The translations under genes and the position numbers were made by a program. Source: Eledone cirrhosa (lineage: Eukaryota). From it: a stretch of DNA of 64,000 nt. The stretch spans positions 135,036,001 through 135,100,000 of the forward strand of contig OZ024744.1 in assembly GCA_964016885.1 (NCBI GenBank), read 5' to 3'. The notes under the pieces are model-generated. The model worked only from the letters and a program-made list of their open reading frames with translations, was not told the DNA's origin and ran no database searches. This document shows, piece after piece, positions 24,076 through 36,500 of this stretch (the stretch's first letter is position 1; every line of letters starts with the position of its first letter).

Positions 24076-27000
24076 TGGGGTTAAGTTAATTTGGGGTTAA
24101 GTTAAGTTAGGGTTAAGTTAAGTTGGGGTTGAGTTAAGTTGGGGTTAAGTTAAGTTGGGGTTATGTTAAGTTGGGGTTAAGTTAAGTTGCGGTTAAGTTA
24201 AATTGGGGTTAAGTTAAGTTGGGGTAAAGTTAAGTTGGGGTTAAGTTAAGTTGGGGTTAAGTTAGATTGTGGTTAAGTTAAGTGGGGGTTAAGTTAAGTT
24301 GGGGTTAAGTTAAGGCGGGGTTAAGTTGAGTTGGGGTTGAGTTAATTTGGGGTTAACTTAAGTTGGGGGTACTTAAGGTGGGTTTAAATTAAGTGGGGTT
24401 AAGTTAAGTTGGGGTTAAGTTAAGTTGGGGTTAAGTTAAGTTGGGGTTAAGTTAGGTTGTGGTTAAGTTAAGTTGGGGGTAAGTTAAGTTGGGGGTAAGT
24501 TAAGTTGGGGTTAATTTAAGTTGGGTGTAATTAAGTTGGGGTTAAGTTAAGTTGGGGTTAAGTTAAGTTGGGGTTGAGTTAATTTGGGGTTAACTTAAGT
24601 TGGGGGTACTTAAGTTGGGTTTAAGTTAAGTGGGGTTAAGTTAAGTTGGGGTTAAATTAAGTTGGGGTTAAGTTAAGTTGGGGGTAAGTTAAGTTGGTGG
24701 TAAGTTAATTTGGGGGTAAGTTAAGATGGGGTTAAGTCAAGTTGGGGTTAAGTTAATTTGGGGTTAAGTTATGGTTAAGTTAAGTTGGGGTTGAGTTAAG
24801 TTGGGGTTAAGTTAAGTTGGGGTTAAGTTAAGTTGGGGTTAAGTTAAGTTGGGGTTAAGTTAAGTTAGGGTTAAGTTAAGTTGGGGTTAAGTTAAGTTGG
24901 GGTTAAGTTAAGTTGGGGTTAAGTTAAGTTGGGGTTAAGTTAAGTTGGGGTTAAGATAAGTTGGGGTTAAGTTAAGTTGGGGTTGAGTTAAGTTGGGGTT
25001 GAGTTAATTTGGGGTTAACTTAAGTTGGGGGTACTTAAGTTGGGTTTAAGTTAAGTGGGGTTAAGTTAAGTTGGGGTTAAGTTAAGTTGGGGTTAAGTTA
25101 AGTTGGGGTTAAGTTAGGTTGTTGTTAAGTTAAGTTGGGGGTAAGTTAAGTTGGGGGTAAGTTAAGTTGGGGTTAATTTAAGTTGGGTCTAATTAAGTTG
25201 GGGTTAAGATAAGTTGGGGTTAAGTTAAGTTGGGGTTAAATTAAGTTGGGGTTAAGTTAAGTTGAGGTTAAATTAAGTTGGGGTTAAGTTAAGTTGGGGT
25301 TAAGTTAAGTTGGGGTTAAGTTAAGTTGGGGTTAAGTTAAGTTGGGGTTAAATTAAGTTGGGGTTAAATTAAGTTGGGGTTAAGTTAAGTTAGGGGTAAG
25401 TTAAGTTGGGGGCAAGTTAAGTTGGGGTTAAGTTAAGTTGGGGTTAAATTAAGTTGGGGTTAAGTTAAGTTGGTCTTAAGTTAAGTTGGGGTTTATTTAA
25501 GTTGGGGTTAATTAAGTTGGGGTTAAGTTAAGTTGGGGTTAAGTTAAGTTGGGGTTAATTTAAGTTGGGGTTGAGTTAAGTTGGGGTTAAGTTAAGTTGG
25601 GGTTAAGTTAAGTTGGTGTTAAGTTAAGTTGGGGCTAAGTTAAGTTGGGGCTGAGTTAAGTTGGGGCTGAGTTAAGTTGGGGTTAAGTTAAGTTGGGGTT
25701 GAGTTAAGTTGGGGTTAAGTTAAGTTGGGGTTAAGTTAAGTTGGGGTTAAGTTAAGTTGGGGTTAAGTTAAGTTGGGGTTTAGTTAAGTTGGGGTTCAGT
25801 TAAGTTGGGGTTAAGTTAAGTTTGGGTTAAGTTGGGGTTAAATTAAGTTGGGGTTAAGTTAAGTTGGGGTTTAGTTAAGTTGGGGTTAAGTTAAGTTGGG
25901 GTTAATTTAAGTTGGGGTTAAGTTAAGTTGCGGGTAATTTAAGTTGGGGTTAAGTTAAGTTGGGGTTAAGTTAAGTTGGGGTTAAGTTAAGTTGGGGTTA
26001 AGTTAAGTTGGGGGTAAGTTAAGTTGGGGGTAAGTTAAGTTGGGGGTAAGTTAAGTTGGGGTTAAGTTAAGTTAGGGTTAAGTTAAGTTGGGGTTGAGTT
26101 AAGTTGGGGTTAAGTTAAGTTGGGGTTATGTTAAGTTGGGGTTAAATTAAGTTGGGGTTAAGTTAAGTTGGGGTTAAATTAAGTTGGGGTTAAGTTAAGT
26201 TGGGGTTAAGTTAAGTTGGGGGTAAGTTAAGTTGGTGGTAAGTTAAGTTGGGGGTAAGTTAAGTTGGGGGTAAGTTAAGTTGGTGGTAAGTTAAGTTGGG
26301 GGTAAGTTAAGTTGGGGGTAAGTTAAGTTGGGGGTAAGTTAAGATGGGGTTAAGTTAAGTGGGGGTTAAGTTAATTTGGGGTTAAGTAAAGTTGGGGTTA
26401 AGTTAAGTTGGGGCTGAGTTAAGTTGGGGCTGAGTTAAGTTGGGGTTAAGTTAAGTTGGGGTTGAGTTAAGTTGGGGTTAAGTTAAGTTGGGGTTAAGTT
26501 AAGTTGGGGTTGAGTTAAGTTGGGGTTAAGTTAAGTTGGGGTTAAGTTAAGTTGGGGTTCAGTTAAGTTGGGGTTAAGTTAAGTTGGGGTTAAGATGGGG
26601 TTAAATTAAGTTGGGGCTAAGTTAAGTTGGGGTTAAGTTAAGTCGGGGTTAAGTTAAGACGGGGTTAAGTTAAGTTAGGGTTAAGTTAAGTTGGAGTTAA
26701 GTTAAGTTGGGGTTGAGTTAAGTTGGGGTTGAGTTAAATTGGGGTGGAGTTAAGTTGGGGTTGAGTTAAGTTGGTGTTGAGTTAAGTTGGGGTTAAGTTA
26801 AGTTGGGGTTAAGTTAAGTTGCAGTTAAGTTAAGTTGAGTTTAAGTTAAGTTGGGGCTAAGTTAAGTTGGGGCTAAGTTAAGTTGGGGCTAAGTTAAGTT
26901 GGGGTTAAATTAAGTTGGGGTTAAGTTAATTTAGGGTTAAGTTATGGTTAAGTTAAATTGGGGTTGAGTTAAGTTGGGGTTAAGTTAAGTTGGGGTTATG

Positions 27001-27529
27001 TTAAGATGGGGTTAAGTTAAGTTGGGGTTAAATTAAGTTGGAGTTAATTTAAGTTGGGGTTAAGTTAAGTTGGGGTTAAGTTAAGTTGGGGGTAAGTTAA
27101 GTTGGTGGTAAGTTAAGTTGGGGGTAAGTTAAGGTGGGGTTAAGTTAAGTTGGGGTTAAGTTAATTTGGGGTTAAGTTAGGGTTAAGTTAAGTTGGGGTT
27201 GAGTTAAGTTGGGGTTAAGTTAAATTGCGGTTACGTTAATTTGGGGTTAAGTTAAGTTGGGGTTAAGTTGAGTTGGGGTTCAGTTAAGTTGCGGTTAAGT
27301 TAAGTTGGGGTTAAGTTAAGTTGGGGTTAAATTAAGTTGGGGTTACTTTAAGTTGGGGTTAAGTTAAGTTGGGGTTAAGTTAAGTTGGGGTTAAGTTAAG
27401 TTGGGGTTAAGTTAAGTTGCGGTTAAATTAAGTTGGGGTTAAGTTAATTTGGGGTTAAGTTAAGTTGGGGTTAAGATAAGTTGGGGTTAAGTTAAGTTGG
27501 GGTTGAGGTAAGTTGGGGTTAAGTTAAGT

Positions 27530-30500
27530 TGGGGTTAAGTTAAGTTGGGGTTCAGTTAAGTTGGTGTTAAGTTAAGTTGGGGTTAAGATGGGGTTAAATT
27601 AAGTTGGGGTTAAGTTAAGTTGGGGTTAAGTTAAGTCGGGGTTAAGTTAAGTCGGGGTTAAGTTAAGTTAGGGTTAAGTTAAGTTGGAGTTAAGTTAAGT
27701 TGGGGTTGAGTTAAGTTGGGGTTGAGTTAAATTGGGGTGGAGTTAAGTTGGGGTTGAGTTAAGTTGGTGTTGAGTTAAGTTGGGGTTAACTTAAGTTGGG
27801 GTTAAGTTAAGTTGCAGTTAAGTTAAGTTGAGTTTAAGTTAAGTTGGGGCTAAGTTAAGTTGGGGCTAAGTTAAGTTGGGGCTAAGTTAAGTTGGGGCTA
27901 AGTTAAGTTGGGGTTCAGTTAAGTTGGTGTTAAGTTAAGTTTGGGTTAAGTTGGGGTTAAATGAAGTTGGGGTTAAGTTAAGTTGGGGTTTAGTTAAGTT
28001 GGGGTTAAGTTAAGTTGGGGTTAATTTAAGTTGGGGTTAAGTTAAGTTGGGGTTAAGTTAAGTGGTGGTTATGTTAAGTTGGGGTTAAGTTAAGTTGGGG
28101 TTAATTTAAATTGGGGTTAAGTTAATTTTGTGGTTAAGTTAAGTTGGGGTTAATTTAAGTCGGGGTTAAGTTAATTTGGGGTTGAGTTAAGTTGGGGTTA
28201 ATTTAAGTTGGGGCTAAGTTAATTTGTGGTTAAGTTAAGTTGGGGTTAAGTTAAGTTGGGGTTAAGTTAAGTTGGGGTTGAGTTAAGTTGGGGTTGAGTT
28301 AATTTAGGGTTAAGTTAAGTTGGGGTTAAGTTAAGTTGGGTTTAAGTTAAGTTGGGGTTAAATTAGGGGTTAAATTAAGTTGGGGTTAAGTTAAGTTGGG
28401 GGTAAGTTAAGTTGGGGGCAAGTTAAGTTGGGGTTAAGTTAAGTTGGGGTTAAATTAAGTTGGGGTTAAGTTAAGTAGGTGTTAATTTAAGTTGGGGTTT
28501 ATTTAAGTTGGGGTTAATTAAGTTGGGGTTAAGTTAAGTTGGGGTTAAGTTAAGTTGGGGTTAATTTAAGTTGGGGTTGAGTTAAGTTGCGGTTAAGTTA
28601 AGTTGGGTTTATATTAAGTTGGGGTTAAGTTAAGTTGGGGTTAAGTTAAGTTAGGGTTAAGTTAAGTTGGGGTTAAGTTAAGTTGGGGCTGAGTTAAGTT
28701 GGGGCTGAGTTAAGTTGGGGTTAAGTTAAGTTGGGGTTGAGTTAAGTTGGGGTTAAGTTAAGTTGGGGTTAAGTTAAGTTGGGTTTAAGTTAAGTTGGGT
28801 TTAAGTTAAGTTGGGGTTTAGTTAAGTTGGGGTTCAGTTAAGTTGGGGTTAAGTTAAGTTTGGGTTAAGTTGGGGTTAAATTAATTTGGGGTTAAGTTAA
28901 GTTGGGGTTTAGTTAAGTTGGGGTTAAGTTAAGTTGGGGTTAATTTAAGTTGGGGTTAAGTTAAGTTGCGGGTAATTTAAGTTGGGGTTAAGTTAAGTTG
29001 GGGTTAAGTTAAGGCGGGGTTAAGTTGAGTTGGGGTTGAGTTAATTTGGGGTTAACTTAAGTTGGGGGTACTTAAGGTGGGTTTAAGTTAAGTGGGGTTA
29101 AGTTAAGTTGGGGTTAAGTTAAGTTGGGGTTAAGTTAAGTTGGGGTTAAGTTAGGTTGTGGTTAAGTTAAGTTGGGGGTAAGTTAAGTTGGGGGTAAGTT
29201 AAGTTGCGGTTAATTTAAGTTGGGTCTAATTAAGTTGGGGTTAAGTTAAGTTGGGGTTAAGTTAAGTTGGGGTTGAGTTAATTTGGGGTTAACTTAAGTT
29301 GGGGGTACTTAAGTTGGGTTTAAGTTAAGTCGGGTTAAATTAAGTTGGGGTTAAGTTAAGTTGGGGTTAAGTTAAGTTGGGGGTAAGTTAAGTTGGTGGT
29401 AAGTTAAGTTGGGGGTAAGTTAAGGTGGGGTTAAGTTAAGTTGGGGTTAAGTTAATTTGGGGTTAAGTTATGGTTAAGTTAAGTTGGGGTTGAGTTAATT
29501 TGGGGTTAAGTTAAGTTGGGGTTATGTTAAGTTGGGGTTAAGTTAAGTTGGGGTTAAGTTGAGTTGGGGTTCATTTAAGTTGCGGTTAATTTAAGTAGGG
29601 GTTAAGTTAAGTTGGGGTTAATTTAAGTTGGGGTTAAGTTAAGTTGGGGTTAATTTAAGTTGGGGTTAAGTTAAGTTGGGGATAAGTTAAGTTGGGGTTA
29701 AGTTAAGTTGGGGGTAAGTTAAGTTGGGGGTAAGTTAAGTTGGGGTTAATTTAAGTTGGGTCTAATTAAGTTGGGGTTAAGTTAAGTTGGGGTTAAGTTA
29801 AGTTGGGGTTGAGTTAATTTGGGCTTAACTTAAGTTGGGGGTACTTAAGTTGGGTTTAAGTTAAGTGGGGTTAAGTTAAGTTGGGGTTAAGTTAAGTTGG
29901 GGTTAAGTTAAGTTGGGGGTAAGTTAAGTTGAGGGTAAGTTAAGTTGGGGTTAATTTAAGTTGGGTCAAATTATGTTGGGGTTAAGTTAAGTTGGAGTTA
30001 AGTTAAGTTGGGGTTAAATTAAGTTGGGGTTAAGTTAAGTTGGGGTTAAGTTAAGTTGGAGTTAAGTTAAGTTGGGGTTAAGTTAAGTTGGGGTTAAGTT
30101 AAGTTGGGGGTAAGTTAAGTTGGTGGTAAGTTAAGTTGGGGGTAATTTAAGATGGGGTTAAGTTAAGTTGGGGTTAAGTTAATTTGGGGTTAAGTTAGGG
30201 TTAAGTTAAGTTGGGTTGGTTTAAGTTGGGGTTAAGTTAAGTTGGGGTTAAGTTGAGTTGGGGTTCAGTTAAGTTGCGGTTAAGTTAAGTTGGGGTTAAG
30301 TTAAGTTGGGGTTAAGTTAAGTTGGGGTTACTTTAAGTTGGGGTTAAGTTAAGTTGGGGTTAAGTTAAGTTGGGGTTAAGTTAAGTTGGGGTTAAGTTAA
30401 GTTGCGGTTAAATTAAGTTGGGGTTAAGTTAATTTGGGGTTAAGTTAAGTTGGGGTTAAGATAAGTTGGGGTTAAGTTAAGTAGGGGTTGAGTTAACTTG

Positions 30501-33500
30501 GGGTTGAGTTAATTTGGGGTTAACTTAAGTTGGGGGTACTTAAGTTGGGTTTAAGTTAAGTGGGGTTAAGTTAAGTTGGGGTTAAGTTAAGTTGGGGTTA
30601 AGTTAGGATGTGGTTAAGTTAAGTTGGGGTAAGTTAAGTTGGGGGTAAGTTAAGTTGGGGTTAATTTAAGTTGGGTCTAATTAAGTTGGGGTTAAGTTAA
30701 GTTGGGGTTAAGTTAAGTTGGGGTTAAATTAAGTTGGGGTTAAGTTAAGTTGGGGCTAAATTAAGTTTGGGTTAATTAAGTTGGGGTTAAGTTAAGTTGG
30801 GGTTAAGTTAAGTTGGGGTTAAGTTAAGTTGGGGTTAAGTTAAGTTGGGGTTGAGTTAAGTTGGGGTTCAGTTAAGTTGGGGTTAAGTTAAGTTGGGGTT
30901 AAGATGGGGTTAAATTAAGTTGGGGTTAAGTTAAGTTGGGGTTAAGTTAAGTTGGGGTTAAGTTAAGTTGGGGTTAAGTTAAGTCGGGGTTAAGTTAAGT
31001 CGGGGTTAAGTTAAGTTAGGGTTAAGTTAAGTTGGAGTTAAGTTAAGTTGGGGTTGAGTTAAGTTGGGGTTGAGTTAAATTGGGGTGAAGTTAAGTTGGG
31101 GTTGCGTTAAGTTGGTGTTGAGTTAAGTTGGGGTTAAGTTAAGTTGGGGTTAAGTTAAGTTGGGATTAAGTTAAGTTGGTGTTAAGTTAAGTTGGGGCTA
31201 AGTTAAGTTGGGGCTGAGTTAAGTTGGGGCTGAGTTAAGTTGGGGTTAAGTTAAGTTGGGGTTGAGTTAAGTTGGGGTTAAGTTAAGTTTGGGTTAAGTT
31301 AAGTTGGGGTTAAGTTAAGTTGGGGTTAAGTTAAGTTGGGGTTTAGTTAATTTGGGGTTCAGTTAAGTTGGGGTTAAGTTAAGTTTGGGTTAAGTTGGGG
31401 TTAAATTAAGTTGGGGTTAAGTTAAGTTGGGGTTTAGTTAAGTTGGGGTTAAGTTAAGTTGGGGTTAATTTAAGTTGGGGTTAAGTTAAGTTGCGGGTAA
31501 TTTAAGTTGGGGTTAAGTTAAGTTGGTGTTAAATTAAGTTGGAGTTAAGTTAAGTTGGGGTTAAGTTAAGTTGGGGTTAAGTTAAGTTGGGGGTAAGTTA
31601 AGTTGGTGGTAAGTTAAGTTGGGGGTAAGTTAAGATGGGGTTAAGTTAAGTTGGGGTTAAATTAAGTTGGGGTTAAATTAAGTTGGGGTTAAGTTAAGTT
31701 GGGGGTAAGTTAAGTTGGGGGCAAGTTAAGTTGGGGTTAAGTTAAGTTGGGGTTAAATTAAGTTGGGGTTAAGTTAAGTTGGGGTTAAGTTAAGTGGTGG
31801 TTATGTTAAGTTGGGGTTAAGTTAATTTGGGGTTAAGTTAGGGTTAAGTTAAGTTGGGGTTGAGTTAAGTTGGGGTTAAGTTAAGTTGGGGTTAAGTTAA
31901 GTTGGGGTAAATTTAAGTTGGGGTTAAGTTAAGTTGGGGTTAAGTTAAGTTGGGGTTAAGTTAAGTTGGGGTTAAGTTAAGTTGGGGTTAAATTAAGTTG
32001 GGGTTAAGTTAATTTAGGGTTAAGTTATGGTTAAGTTAAGTTGGGGTTGAGTTAAGTTGGGGTTAAGTTAAGTTGGGGTTATGTTAAGATGGGGTTAAGT
32101 TAAGTTGGAGTTAAGTTGAGTTGGGGTTCAGTTAAGTTGCGGTTAATTTAAGTTGGGGTTAAGTTAAGTTGGGGTTAAGTTAAGTTGGGGTTAAGTTAAG
32201 TTGGGGTTAATTTAAGTTGGGGTTAAGTTAAGTTGGGGTTAAGTTAAGTTGGGGTTAATTTAAGTTGGGGTTAAGTTAAGTTGGGGTTAAATTAAGTTGG
32301 GGTTAAGTTAAGTTGGGGTTAAGTTAAGTTGGGGTTAAATTAAGTTGGGGTTAAAGTAAGTTGGAGTTAAGTTAAGTTGGGGGTAAGTTAAGTTGGGGGC
32401 AAGTTAAGTTGGGGTTAAGTTAAGTTGGGGTTAAATTAAGTTGGGGTTAAGTTAAGTTGGGGTTAAGTTAAGTTGGGGTTAAGTTAAGTTGGGGTTAAGT
32501 TAAATTGGCGTTAAGTTAAGTTGGGGTAAAGTTAAGTTGGGGTTAATTTAAGTTGGGGTTAAGTTAAGGCGGGTTTAAGTTGAGTTGGGGTTAAGTTAAG
32601 TTGGGGTTAAGTTAAGTTGGGTTGAGTTAATTTGGGGTTAACTTAAGTTGGGGGTACTTAAGTTGGGTTTAAGTTAAGTGGGGTTAAGTTAAGTTGGGGT
32701 TAAGTTAAGTTGGGGTTAAGTTAAGTTGGGGTTAAGTTAGGTTGTCGTTAAGTTAAGTTGGGGGTAAGTTAAGTTGGGTGTAAGTTAAGTTGGGGTTAAT
32801 TTAAGTTGGGTCTAATTAAGTTGGGGTTAAGTTAAGTTGGGGTTAAGTTAAGTTGGGGTTGAGTTAATTTGGGGTTAACTTAAGTTGGGGGTACTTAAGT
32901 TGGGTTTAAGTTATGTGGGGTTAAGTTAAGTTGGGGTTAAGTTAAGTTGGGGTTAAGTTAAGTTGGGGGTAAGTTAAGTTGGGGTTGAGTTAATTTGGGG
33001 TTAAGTTAAGTTGGGGTTATGTTAAGTTGGGGTTAAGTTAAGTTGGGGTTAAGTTGAGTTGGGGTTCAGTTAAGTTGCGGTTAATTTAAGTAGGGGTTAA
33101 GTTAAGTTGGGGTTAATTTAAGTTGGGGTTAAGTTAAGTTGGGCTTAATTTAAGTTGGGGTTAAGTTAAGTTGGGGTTAAGTTAAGTTGGGGCTAAGTTA
33201 AGTTGGGGTTAAGTTAAGTTGGGGTTAAATTAAATTGGGGTTAAGTTAAGTTGGGGTTAAGTTAAGTTGGGGTTAAGATAAGTTGGGGTTAAGTTAAGTT
33301 GGGGTTGAGTTAAGTTGGAGTTGAGTTAATTTGGGGTTAACTTAAGTTGGGGGTACTTAAGTTGGGTTTAAGTTAAGTGGGGTTAAGTTAAGTTGGGGTT
33401 AAGTTAAGTTGGGGTTAAGTTAAGTTGGGGTTAAGTTAGGTTGTGGTTAAGTTAAGTTGGGGGTAAGTTAAGTTGGGGGTAATTTAAGTTGGGGTTAATT

Positions 33501-36500
33501 TAAGTTGGGTCTAATTAAGTTGGGGTTAAGTTAAGTTGGGGTTAAGTTAAGTTGGGGTTAAATTAAGTTGGGGTTAAGTTAAGTTGAGGTTAAATTAAGT
33601 TGGGGTTAAGTTAAGTTGGGGTTAAGTTAAGTTGGGGTTAAGTTAAGTTGGGGTTAAATTAAGTTGGGGTTAAATTAAGTTGGGGTTAAGTTAAGTTGGG
33701 GGTAAGTTTAGTTGGGGGCAAGTTAAGTTGGGGTTAAGTTAAGTTGGGGTTAAATTAAGTTGGGGTTAAGTTAAGTTGGTGTTAAGTTAAGTTGGGGTTT
33801 ATTTAAGTTGGGGTTAATTAAGTTGGGGTTAAGTTAAGTTGGGGTTAAGTTAAGTTGGGGTTAATTTAAGTTGGGGTTGAGTTAAGTTGGGGTTAAGTTA
33901 AGTTGGGGTTAAGTTAAGTTGGTGTTAAGTTAAGTTGGGGCTAAGTTAAGTTGGGGCTGAGTTAAGTTGGGGCTGAGTTAAGTTGGGGTTAAGTTAAGTT
34001 GGGGTTGAGTTAAGTTGGGGTTAAGTTAAGTTGGGGTTAAGTTAAGTTGGGGTTTAGTTAAGTTGGGGTTCAGTTAAGTTGGGGTTAAGTTAAGTTTGGG
34101 TTAAGTTGGGGTTAAATTAAGTTGGGGTTAAGTTAGGTTGGGGTTATGTTAAGTTGGGGTTAAGTTAAGTTGCGGTTAAGTTAAGTTGGGGTTAAGTTAA
34201 GTTGGGGTTAATTTAACTTGGGGTTAAGTTAAGTTGGGGTTAAGTTAAGTTGGGGTTAAGTTAAGTTGGGGTTAATTTAAGTTGGGGTTAAGTTAAGGCG
34301 GGGTTAAGTTGAGTTGGGGTTAAGTTAAGTTGGGGTTAAGTTAAGTTGGGGTTGAGTTAATTTGGGCTTAACTTAAGTTGGGGGTACTTAAGTTGGGTTT
34401 AAGTTAAGTGGGGTTCAGTTAAGTTGGGGTTCAGTTAAGTTGGGGTTAAGTTAAGTTGGGGTTAAGTTAGGTTGTGGTTAAGTTAAGTTGGGGTTAAGTT
34501 AAGTTGGGGGTAAGTTAAGTTGGTGGTAAGTTAAGTTGGGGGTAAGTTAAGATGGGGTTAAGTTAAGTTGGGGTTAAGTTAATTTGGGGTTAAGTTAGGG
34601 TTAAGTTAAGTTGGGGTTGAGTTAAGTTGGGGTTAAGTTAAGTTGCGGTTACGTTAATTTGGGGTTAAGTTAAGTTGGGGTTAAGTTGAGTTGGGGTTCA
34701 GTTAAGTTGCGGTTAAGTTAAGTTGGGGTTAAGTTAAGTTGAGGTTAAGTTAAGTTGGGGTTACTTTAAGTTGGGGTTAAGTTAAGTTGGGGTTAAGTTA
34801 AGTTGGGGTTAAGTTAAGTTGGGGTTAAGTTAAGTTGCGGTTAAATTAAGTTGGGGTTAAGTTAATTTGGGGTTAAGTTAAGTTGGGGTTAAGATAAGTT
34901 GGGGTTAAGTTAAGTTGGGGTTGAGTTAAGTTGGGGTTGAGTTAATTTGGGGTTAACTTAAGTTGGGGGTACTTAAGTTGGGTTTAAGTTAAGTGGGGTT
35001 AAGTTAAGTTGGGGTTAAGTTAAGTTGGTGTTAAGTTAAGTTGGGGCTGAGTTAAGTTGGGGCTGAGTTAAGTTGGGGTTAAGTTAAGTTGAGGTTGAGT
35101 TAAGTTGGGGTTAAATTAAGTTGGGGTTAAGTTAAGTTGGGGTTAAGTTAAGTTGGGGTTAAGTTAAGTTGGGGTTGAGATAAGTTGGGGTTAAGTTAAG
35201 TTGGGGTTAAGTTAAGTTGGGGTTCAGTTAAGTTGGGGTTAAGTTATGTTGGGGTTAAGATGGGGTTAAATTAAGTTGGGGTTAAGTTAAGTTGGGGTTA
35301 AGTTAAGTCGGGGTTAAGTTAAGTTGGGGTTAAGTTAAGTTAGGGTTAAGTTAAGTTGGAGTTAAGTTAAGTTGGGGTTGAGTTAAGTTGGGGTTGAGTT
35401 AAATTGGGGTGGAGTTAAGTTGGGGTTGAGTTAAGTTGGTGTTGAGTTAAGTTGGGGTTAACTTAAGTTGGGGTTAAGTTAAGTTGCAGTTAAGTTAAGT
35501 TGAGTTTAAGTTAAGTTGGGGCTAAGTTAAGTTGGGGCTAAGTTAAGTTGGGGCTAAGTTAAGTTGGGGCTAAGTTAAGTTGGGGTTCAGTTAAGTTGGT
35601 GTTAAGTTAAGTTTGGGTTAAGTTGGGGTTAAATGAAGTTGGGGTTAAGTTAAGTTGGGGTTTAGTTAAGTTGGGGTTAAGTTAAGTTGGGGTTAATTTA
35701 AGTTGGGGTTAAGTTAAGTTGGGGTTAAGTTAAGTGGTGGTTATGTTAAGTTGGGGTTAAGTTAAGTTGGGGTTAATTTAAATTGGGGTTAAGTTAATTT
35801 TGTGGTTAAGTTAAGTTGGGGTTAAGTTAAGTCGGGGTTAAGTTAATTTGGGGTTGAGTTAAGTTGGGGTTAATTTAAGTTGGGGCTAAGTTAATTTGTG
35901 GTTAAGTTAAGTTGGGGTTAAGTTAAGTTGGGGTTAAGTTAAGTTGGGGTTGAGTTAAGTTGGGGTTGAGTTAATTTAGGGTTAAGTTAAGTTGGGGTTA
36001 AGTTAAGTTGGGTTTAAGTTAAGTTGGGGTTAAATTAAGATGGGGTTAAATTAAGTTGGGGTTAAGTTAAGTTGGGGGCAAGTTAAGTTGGGGTTAATTT
36101 AAGTTGGGGTTAAATTAAGTTGGGGTTAAGTTAAGTTGGTGTTAATTTAAGTTGGGGTTTATTTAAGTTGGGGTTAATTAAGTTGGGGTTAAGTTAAGTT
36201 GGGGTTAAGTTAAGTTGGGGTTAATTTAAGTTGGGGTTGAGTTAAGTTGCGGTTAAGTTAAGTTGGGTTTATATTAAGTTGGGGTTAAGTTAAGTTGGGG
36301 TTAAGTTAAGTTAGGGTTAAGTTAAGTTGGGGTTAAGTTAAGTTGGGGCTGAGTTAAGTTGGGGCTGAGTTAAGTTGGGGTTAAGTTAAGTTGGGGTTGA
36401 GTTAAGTTGGGGTTAAGTTAAGTTGGGGTTAAGTTAAGTTGTGGTTAAGTTAAGTTGGGTTTAAGTTAAGTTGGGGTTTAGTTAAGTTGGGGTTCAGTTA

